Under the pieces are notes generated by a model. The model did no database searches, was not told the origin of the DNA, and saw only the letters and a program-made list of their open reading frames with translations. The position numbers and the translations under genes were made by a program. Below, in pieces: positions 54,769 through 64,000 of a stretch of DNA of 64,000 nt. The stretch lies in NCBI GenBank assembly GCA_000182565.2, contig KQ257462.1; one strand, given 5' to 3'. This DNA is from Spizellomyces punctatus DAOM BR117 (lineage: Eukaryota). Numbering within the stretch: position 1 is the first letter of the stretch; each line of letters begins with the position of its first letter.

Positions 54769-57576
54769 CTATTCGAACCCAAAGCCGCTTGTCGCTGAAT
54801 AAAACATGGATGCAGCAGTTCCATGACTTGCTGATACGCTTGCTCCCCCAGGACTCAGCAGTTGCCCATGTTGCGAATGCACTTGTTGCTGTACAGGTTG
54901 GGGTGGAGCATTCGAACGGGACGGGGATTTCGGACTGATGGGCTCTGCGGGTGGGGTTTTGGTCAGGCTTGCTCGGCGGGTGTTGTGGGTGACTCCTCTA
55001 GCGGCTGTGGGAACGAGTGCGGCGGCAGCGAGACCCAACCCTTTTGCGACATTGATCGTCGTTGGCGGCGTTGTCGAAAAGTGGGTGGGTGGAGACGGTG
55101 GAACAGGTGAGTCAGAGGAGGTCGACGACGGAGGAGGGGGAGGTTGGTAGTGAGGCCGGTCAGGTAGTCTTGAGAGTTGAGGGGAAGGTGATGGGGTCGG
55201 TTTGGTATCAGTAGTTGGCGTCGGGGCTGCGTTGGTTGTGGTGGTCGTGCTGGATGCAGCCTCCTTTTTACGCTTGGCGGATTCCTTGAGTTTGTCCCAT
55301 CTTTCCTTATACTTTTGCATAGCTGTCGACTACAACGCCGACATTAGAGACACCAGATTGATATTCTAGCATGCCAACAGCCAGTACACACCTGCTTCTC
55401 ACTGTCCTCTCTCACCCTCTTCAACTCTTCTTCCAACTCTGCTACACGGTGTGCCAGGGCGGTCGAATCTTGCCAGAAATAAAATAAATAAGCCTTTGAT
55501 GCGCAACAGTTTTCACAGTTTGGTGGTTGTTTACCATCATGTCCCACCCCAGTCCCTCGGCCAAAACCATGTCCATGCAACAAACTCCCAAAGCGCGACT
55601 GCGTTTGGCTGTGCATAAAGCGCTTGGCTTGTTTCTGAACATCTTGCCGGAACTGAATGATGCTGCTCCTGAGAAGATTATTCTCTTCAGCAGCCTACAT
55701 GAAAGAATGAGTGTGAGTGGTATATTCGTCTGCATAATCACTCGAAAACGTACGCGTTCCAGCACAGCGAGTTTACGAGTGAGTAGGTCAATGGTGTGTT
55801 TGAGCTGCTCATTCTCCATCAAGAGCTCTTCCTGCGTCTTGTTTTTCATGGGCCCCCTAGTATCGTCCACCGTGTTAGCTCGTGCTCCAGCACCCACACA
55901 CACACGCAAGTCCTTACCTATCGAATCTCACACCCCCATATTCTCTTGACATGACCGATCCGCTTGTAGAACCAAGAATAGGGCTAGCCACCCTGCCAAC
56001 TCCACTCCCACCGCCACGACCATAATCGTTCATGCTATGAACGCTGCTCATTCTGTTACCCGCTGCTCCAAAGTAATTGGACTCAATAGAGGCCGATACA
56101 GGATGCATATTGTTGTCTGCCTCTGTCACTACAACACCCCCGTGGTAAAAAACGGGGCGGCCGTACTGCGTACTCATCCCCCCAGACGCGGACGCAGATG
56201 TATGCGAGGAAAATGAGCGTGAAGTGGCCATACCTTCCCCCGTCGGAGGGACGACAAAGTATGAGTTGAGCATGGTTGTACTGCGGAGGGTATCAGCCAG
56301 GTCACGATTTTGCGGGTCTGTTGGATGAGAAAGATGAGTAGAAGCTCCACAATACTTTGCACATCCCACGGACTGCACCTCTTGACGCGTCAGGATACCC
56401 AGCCAAAGAACTGACTGCAGGCTGCTCTTGCCCTTGAACGTTTCCCAGAGGGGCGGTAGCGAAAGCTACAGGTCCCGTCAGGGAAATCTTGTCAACGAGG
56501 TTCTCGACTGCTTCCCAAAACTTGTTGAAAGGATCTTCAGGATCATCCCCGGCTTTTTCACCGACGACAGAGTACGATTGGGCGACCGAATCCATAGCGT
56601 CAGGTGAATAGTGTTCTGACTCATCCAAGGACGTTACGGGCATGGTTGCTGGTCCTTGTGAGCTGGTGGCGTGGGTAATGACTAGGATGGAGAGGACAGA
56701 ATCAGTTCGTGTTTGAGCCATGCATAACCGTGCAAATGAAATGTGGGCAAGAGATTCATTCAGCACATTAGTCATTTCCGGAAGACCATTCCGTGCCGGC
56801 ACACAAGGCATTCGGTACACTTTCCATTTCAACACACCACAGGCCCGGTTAACTCACCATTTCCACCGCCACCATACACCCCATTGGTCGCTCGATGAGA
56901 ATGCATCATCATACCACTGTCCGACTGCGACTGGCCCAAGAAATAGTGGCGCGATCCGTATTCCATTGTTTCCGGGAATCCCGATGAGGGAGACTCGTTA
57001 GACGGTGTGCGCTGGCTAGCATAGGATCCAGGGCGACTAAATTGAGGGTGAGGATGGGGTGACCATGTTGGCTGCGCGTTAGGGGGAGGCAAGGAAGTGG
57101 GGCGCTGCCTTGTTGTTTTTGTTGTTGTGCGGGAGGTGACAGGGTGCTGTTGCTGTTGTTGTTGTTGATGATGAGGGGCTGTACGAGGAGAAGCAGATGG
57201 GGATCGCGTTTGCAGACGACGTTGGAGTTCCTTTCCTTGTCTCGTGTGATTTGCATAGAGGAGTTTAAGAGTCTTTATTGCTTCTGGATCTGCCGTGTAG
57301 CTAACAGCCGAGAGAAATTGTTCTGGGTTTTTAAGTGTGAGAGAAGGCATTTTGTCTTGTGAGCGCGTGCTACACATGTATACTTGGACAGCATACCTGC
57401 AGCACGAAAGTGAGCTTCGACGGCGTTTGCATACTGTCCTCTTTCCGCAAAGTCCTCAGCAGCACTGGCAAAGGCATTAGCCTTGGAGCAAACCATAATG
57501 AGTGTCCGTGTGCTGGCCGAGTGTCATTGTGTATTAAATTGCGTGAACAGACCTTGTTTACGGGCCCATCGTCCAT
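54769..57576 (-). CDS. NRBF2/Atg38-like protein (N-terminal MIT-like domain, coiled coils)
   Basis: Spliced MDDGPVNK-ANAFASAAEDFAERGQYANAVEAHFRAA-EQFL...AIKTLKLLYANH resembles the NRBF2 MIT domain; DPFNKFW...VAFATAPL, KTQEELLMEN and KYKERWDKLKESAK match motifs recalled from fungal homologues. Confidence 0.75.
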
Positions 57577-58321
57577 GAGAAAACACCTCAAGTGCGTGTG
57601 TGCCCGTTGCAGTTGGAAAAAGGACAATGAGCACTTGCAACAGTCGTTATAGTAGGAGAAGCAGCAGAAAGGTACGGCGGCGTCTTTTGAACCAGGGTGT
57701 GTAAAAACGAAACGCAAATACAAAAAGCGACCAGCAAGCCAATGAGGAGAGAGCGATGCGATAAAAGACAAGGTGAAAAACACCAAGCAAGTAATAAATA
57801 AAGACAACGACAGGAGGAAACAAGGACAACGAAGGAGAAGAACCAGGAGCAAACACAGGGCAATTCCCAACACGTCAGCAGAACACACACACCACCAACA
57901 AGCCCGTATTTCACGTGACATGGTCAGTGATCGACATTCTCGCTTTATACAAGAAGTGCTGCCAGGACGAAAAAGAAGGTAAAAGTGGAAAGAACAAGAG
58001 TGAGATAGAAAGTGAATACATATGTTAATAAGTGATCATGAAAGAATGCCATTGGGGAGGATGCGAGGGCGACAAAAACAAGAACTTCTTACAACAGCAA
58101 TCCGATGGCCATACCAAGAGGAAGCACCCTATCTAACCAACAACACTGCTATTTGGGTGTGCATTTGATAAGTCATAAAGAAGCCTCACTTACGGAGGAT
58201 CTAACAATATGCGCCAGACAAGAGTAAATAGTGATGGAGTGTGCACATTGTATGTGGGCCATGCAATGTGACTGTCCGCCCGAGGTTTGAGCTTTGAGTG
58301 ACTGTCTTGTAAGCGGGACTG

Positions 58322-58436
58322 AAAAAAAGTCGTCTGAAGCAAAGGATGATCGAGGATCCCAGGACTCGAACCTGGCAATCTCATCATTCTAACTTGCCGA
58401 CAAGGACATTCCATTCCACTCGGCCATGGAACGACC
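58322..58436 (-). ncRNA. Unidentified ~108 nt Pol III-type small RNA (A box, B box, terminal stem, T7 terminator); not a tRNA cloverleaf
   Basis: A box TGGCCGAGTGG, B box GGTTCGAGTCC within hairpin CCAGG/CCTGG, 5' GTCGT pairs with 3' ACGAC immediately before TTTTTTT. Confidence 0.7.
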
Positions 58437-58758
58437 TTAGCAGGCATATTGATTCTCTAATTCAGCTCCTTGGAGAGAACAGGCAAAAGAGAGAGAGTGT
58501 GTGTGAGAGGAGACCGATCGAGAAGCCTAGGATTCGCTCTCCTGATGCACACATACAAGCGATTCACCCATTATGCCACGACCCATACGACATCGATAGA
58601 TTATAATGAATTATATGACCGATCCTAATAAGTGCCAAAAAGAAGCTGTAACGATTTGCAAGTAATCAAATTGGCACTTTCTCCTTGCTTTTAGGAAAAG
58701 CATTTCACACACCCATACGCATGGGCATCTTGCAAAAAGTTCTGTTTGTTCGCTATCA

Positions 58759-58834
58759 TCGGGCTTACCAGGATTTTGAACCCGGTATTCTCCTGATCCA
58801 TCACCAGGCGCCTTAACCATTAGACCATAACCCG
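58759..58834 (-). tRNA. Atypical or pseudo tRNA (anticodon position ATG)
   Basis: Cloverleaf CGGGTTA / D arm GTCT-AGGC with TGGTCTAATGG / CCTGG-TGATGGA-TCAGG / CCGGG-TTCAAAAT-CCTGG / TAAGCCCG; T5 at 58734-58738. Defects: G at position 33, 8 nt T loop, bulged acceptor stem. Confidence 0.7.
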
Positions 58835-59207
58835 CAATTGTTTTCAACCTGCTGTTGACAAAACTTGTGAGTGACCTCAGAATTCAGAGCATGACGGCTG
58901 AGTATGACGATTTGAATACTATGCTGGTAGTTGCCATAGAGCATGTAAAAAGTCTGACATATTGAGTACAGATTTGATATAATGCCTATGAAAGGGTACG
59001 GGGATAAGAAACTTGAAAATATCGATAGTGTGGCGACTCACAAGAGTATAGGCCACATGTAAATGTCCATAAGTAGTAATAGTAATATCTGTCCTGTTGG
59101 TACTCGTAAAAAGAGAGAGTCAATACAATGTATAATTAGAGTGAGAGAGTGAGGGAGAGAGATGCTGCAAGTCTTTAGTTATTATTATTCTTATTAACAA
59201 AAGAGTT

Positions 59208-59241
59208 GCTCTCTCTCTCTCTCTCTCTCCACTCTCTCTCT
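59208..59241 (+). repeat. (CT)n microsatellite upstream of the C2H2 gene
   Basis: ctctctctct... run with one interruption. Confidence 0.9.
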
Positions 59242-59484
59242 CACAGAGACAAAGACTTACAAAATAAATCCCTGCCTCGCTCATTCTCATTACGTAATAA
59301 ATTCCATAATAATAAATCAATTTCATAGCCACCCTTATATCTACAACTATTGCCGTTTTTCTCCTCTTTTTTTATTTCTCACATGAAATATTTTATTTTT
59401 TTTTTCTTTTTGCATTTTTGACTTTCCCACGCACTCTCTCACTTGGTTTTTTTTTGGTTTTTTCATTTTATTCACTCTTTGGTC

Positions 59485-61227
59485 ATGGCTCTTCCTGGTT
59501 TGTCGTCGTCGTCGTCGTCTTTGTCTTCGTCATCACCACCATCTTCTTGCAAGGTGGATGATAGGGCACAACGCCATGAACGCAACACCCAACTAGACAT
59601 TGCATCATCCTCCCCAAAGAGAGCTAGGCTTCATTTAGACATCAAGAGACTAGATTCTTACATGCCTTCTTCTTCTCCTCGTTCTTCCTCGTCTTCGCCT
59701 TCTCCCCACGTCTCCCTCTCTCCCACTGCCATGGACTTGCCGCCGCCATCATCATCATCACAAGAGCAACAGTCGATGACAGCTGCTGCAACACCAACGA
59801 TAGCAGCAGCAGCAACTCCAAGCAGCGCTGGTGGGAATAATGGTGGCGCTCCGCTCTATCCCCACCGGATGCTGCCTCCCGTCCTCTTTCATCCTTCTCA
59901 ACCGCCCCTCCTCCCACAACCACCATCTCAACAACAACAACAACAACAGCAAACATCACACTCGCAACCGCCAGAACAACACCAACAACAAGAGTATCAT
60001 GGGAGTAACTTGTCGGACATGTACCATCATCACCATCCCTCACCACACCATTCCCACAACTCCCCGTATCACACGTCAGAGCCCACAAGCGCTCATGGAG
60101 GATCGCCGCATCTACCCTTTCCCCCGCCCCTGCCTTACAATACACTGCCCACCCCACATCAGTCCCCTGGATCTGGTTATTATCCCTCCTTTCATGGGAC
60201 CTCGGCGCACGGTCCGCCGCCGCCGCAAGCGCAACCGCCGCGCCTAAACTATCTGTTGCAAAATCCGTCCTTTCGCCCATCCTTTCAGCAACCACCTTCA
60301 CCACAGCCACCACAACATCAGCAACAAGAACAGCACCATCACCACGCACATCGCCAACACCATCATCAGCCAAGTTACCACTCTTACAGCAACAACCACA
60401 ATAATGCCATCTCTTCGCAGCCGCAGAGTCCTGCCGGTTCAGAATCGTCTCTAGCCAGTCCAGGTCCAGGAAGTGCACTGGTTGGGCACGGTCCGCGATT
60501 CCCTCCCACTCCTCCTACACAATCCCCGCTGTCGGTCCAATCACCCTCCGTTCCGCTCTTGTCTCCAGGCTTGTACGCTCATCCGTCGGGTGGCTATGTG
60601 CACATTCACGGTCCACCACAACAACCGACCGCTGAACAACAACAACAGTCGTCCACGATGGAACATGCCCCGCACATGCAATCCATGCATCACCATCATC
60701 ATCATCAGCAGCATCATCATCATCAAGACTGGCGACCACCGTCACCCAATAGGATACATCCAGAAGAGCGAACTCATTCGCCCATGATGATCTCTGAGCA
60801 GGATGGACGCATGCCACCACCGCCTCCCCAACACAACTACGTGCAGCCGTATACTGACGCTATATCCGACATGGACAAGCAGCAAAGGATGTTTAAATGT
60901 CCTACACCATACTGCTCAAAGGTAAGCAAAAGCAGAGTTGTGCAAGACATGTACGCAAACTGACTATATTGTTTAAAGATTTACAAGAATGCAAACGGAC
61001 TGAAATACCATCTTGAGCGGGGATCTTGCGAAATGGAATGGGCATCTGGGGACGAGTACGCCGATTTGTCCATGCTCAACATTAAGGTGGCCCATCGACC
61101 GTACTGGTGTCGCGTAGCCGGGTGCGGCAAAAAGTACAAGAATCTGAATGGCCTAAAGTACCATGCAAAGGCCGCTCACCCAGAGTTGGATTTTGGAAAA
61201 GAGGTCAAGGGGCATTTGCGATGGTAG
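59485..61227 (+). CDS. Sfp1-like C2H2 zinc-finger transcription factor with long P/Q/H/S-rich N-terminus
   Basis: FKCPTPYCSK-IYKNANGLKYHLERGSC and RPYWCRVAGCGKKYKNLNGLKYHAKAAH; intron ~60922-60978. Confidence 0.88.
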
Positions 61228-61741
61228 TGTTTGGACGCGGTCATCTATTAGAGTGTGGCTTCGATGGACTCGGCGAGGGGAGCGGAACCGCCCTCGTCCG
61301 ACGTGACCCGACCGCGAGCCGACACTGTTCAAGTGTTGTGTTTTTGGTTACCCTGGCAGAGACATGCAAAAAGTGCACAAGGGCGGAGACGGCTGTATGC
61401 GCCAGGTGGTTAATTTTGACAGACCTTTAAATTGCTAGATATCTCACGTTTTATTAGCTTTTACCCCCACTTTTAGTTTTTTCTAGAAAGAGCTAGTTTA
61501 TGCTCGATATACTTTAGACTTTAATAGTTGATAAACAGTGTAGTGTTTTATGGTTTTTTTTTTGCGATTAGGTAGAGTTTTAAGCCAAGAAAAATAATAG
61601 TATCTGTTTTATAGTCTTTGACATGGCATAATGCTTGATGTGGAACGCGATCTTTTGCGTCCGCCTCTCCGGACAAGCTGCCAGAATCACCATTTTACAT
61701 TCCCAGTTGCCATTAGCCTTGCATCTGCACAAATAAAGAAC

Positions 61742-63918
61742 ATGGTCCAAGAAAACTCTACTGATCCCATAGATATGGGACAAGAAAAGACGAGCGAAGC
61801 CATGCAAGTCGGACCACTCGTCTCACCAACCAAACACATTTCCAAGAAAACATTTACCGACGCCAATGTCCAAACCGACCCTGTCCGCATCATTAGTCCC
61901 GGCGAACCCGGCTACACCACGACTGTCCCCGTCAAACCACCCACCTCCTCCATCCTCAAACCCATCCAACAAGCCCGACCGAAACCCGAATGGACGGACG
62001 ATGACAGTGAGGACTTGATTGTGGATGTTGAAGGCGAGGACAGTGATGCGAGTACGAGGAAGAAAAAGAAGGTAAAGGGCAAGGCCAAGACGGTTAAAAA
62101 GGCAAAAGGCAAGGGGACAGGTACTGTTTCTTTGCTGTTCTTCAATTGTTTTGTTTGAGTTTTGTAAATGTTGATTGTTTTGATTGTATGTCGTAGGTGA
62201 GGAAGACGAGGAAACCGCTAAAAAACGCAAGCCAACGACAACCAGCAAAAAACCTGTAAAAGCCAAGGTACATTCATCTAATCCCATTATTGCAAATGTG
62301 TATATATATGTATATCGTGACCAACGTCCTCGCAACACACTAGTCCAAACTCCCACCTATCGACCCGACAGAACTCCTTGACCTCTCAACCACCTACCCC
62401 GATACCTACTGGACCCACCTCCCAACCACAACCTCCATGATCGACACCGTCAACGAAACAACACCCCTGACACTCGTCAAACAAGCCGACATGCGCGACG
62501 CAGGGCACATTACGGGTATGGTCCTCTCACCCGACGGCAGCATGCTCGCAACATTCTGCACAATGGGTCTCGCAAAAATATGGGATCTTGAAACCTACCG
62601 CGTCATTCAAACCCTCCAAGACACGTCTGAACCCAATATTGATGAATTCTATGTGGGACGGTTCACACCTACCATGACCCGCCTCGTCGTAGGTGGGAAA
62701 CTCAAGGACCCCAAGAAATGGAGTGATGAGGATGAGGATAATCATATTTTGCCGTGTCCTCTTAAAGTGTTTGATTTGATTTCTGGGAATGTGGTTGAGA
62801 GGCTTGAGGGGCATGAAGAGGAGATTTTGTGTTGTAAAAGTGTCGAGTTTCGGGGGGAGAGGTATTATGTTACTACCAGTCAGGATGGGTATATTATTAA
62901 ATGGAAAGTAGACCAAGATTGGAGGTACGTTTTGCTTTTATTGGTTGTTGGATGATGCCGTTTTGTCTCATGGTGCTTTTCTTTTTTTTCTAGTCGGTTA
63001 CAAGAGTATAAACGCATGGAAGATGGCAAGACGTGCATGGCGTTCAACGTCTCGTTTCTACCCAACACTGGAAACAAGTACTTTGTCGCAGCATGCGATG
63101 GCGGGATATGTCTCTTTGATTTTGAAAACGCAGTGGTAAGCCGGGAACCCACAATGTCAAAAAGCAAGATCAAACTGACTCGCATTTAGAAACTCCAAAC
63201 ATTTGAAAATCTTTATACGTGCTATTGCGATTGTACCAAAGTCGTGGAATGCCTAGAGTACCCTGAACCCCCTCGGACATGGCAAACGGTCTTGGAAGAT
63301 GGGGAGCCGATGTTTACTTATCTCTTAAGTCGGGGTGTTGAAGAAGTGGATACTGTGGATGGAGGGGATGTGCCGATTAGTATGTTTGCAAAGATGTTTA
63401 AATCGTCCTTTATGGAATGCTAATATGTTTTTGGTAGATACGGAGCCGAACACGGTGCGATTGCATAAACTTGTTTATCCCACGCGACGGGGCGGAGTGT
63501 TTTCGTTGGAGGAGGTCAAGAGGTTTCAGCATGAAGAGTATGTCAGGATTGCATTTTTCTTTGTGGATACATGTGTATCTGTGTATTGATGATTTGGGAT
63601 TTTCAAAGGTACCGCTCCAACTCTTGGTTAACAAAAATCTCGTCCAACGGCCGATACGTTCTTGCTCCCACATATGATGGAGCCGTTGTCGTGTTTTCAT
63701 TGGCGAGTGGGCAAGTGACGGCTGTCTTGCGGGATCATGAGGGGGTGGAAGTGAGAGATTGTGTCTGGGGATGGAGGTGGGGACAGGTGTTTACATGTGG
63801 TGATGGTGAGTTTTCTTGATTTTGATTTTTGTAACCTTGGGTTTGCTCAGTTTTTATGTCTTTAGATGGGACGGTCAAGGTGTATGTGCAGGACAGGGAT
63901 ACGATGGACGAGTCATGA
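61742..63918 (+). CDS. WD40-repeat protein of unknown function, multi-exon; start uncertain
   Basis: GHITGMVLSPDGSMLATF...KIWD, LEGHEEEILC...TTSQDGYIIKW, LRDHEGVEVRDCVW...TCGDDGTVKVY; Lys-rich NLS-like stretch. Confidence 0.85.
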
Positions 63919-64000
63919 TGGGTGGACGGGATGATTGGGTACGAGGCCAAGTGTCAACGCCAAACTAGGGGCGCGTCATTTCATTCGCTATCCAACCCGG

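Noticed and set aside
58100-58134. 5S rRNA-like start (GGCCATACC...GCACCC.ATC)
   Set aside because: Similarity ends after about 35 nt with no internal control region or 3' stem; could be chance.

Overview
Eukaryotic, gene-dense and intron-rich fungal nuclear DNA, most likely a chytrid. An in-frame TAG at a conserved Leu position of a mitochondrial nad1 fragment fits the UAG=Leu code known from Spizellomyces-type mitochondria. About 22 protein-coding genes are recognisable: TAF5, TBC1D9/Gyp2-like Rab-GAP, ceramide synthase, F-box/WD40, CWC22, an LRR protein, RPS18, ETFDH, DCAF11, BDP1, JAC1, an Adl1-type DNA ligase, PKA-R, RPL27, a cadherin-like/RING/TPR protein, RPL1, SEC3, a PUB-domain protein, acetyl-CoA synthetase, NRBF2/Atg38-like, an Sfp1-like C2H2 factor and a WD40 protein. 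Four things stand out. (1) A ~4 kb gene-free mosaic at 16-20 kb joins a Copia relic, a nad1 + group I intron NUMT, degraded actinobacterial DNA (rpoA with its leader) and a repeat/hairpin block. (2) RPL1 appears nested antisense inside an intron of a large gene. (3) Two unannotated Pol III-type genes lie at 58.3-58.8 kb, one with a vault-RNA-like layout. (4) All three ribosomal protein genes share a CACGTG at about -100 and a sense-strand (GGAT)n tract in intron 1. Exon boundaries were read by eye; calls rest on recalled motifs, not database searches.
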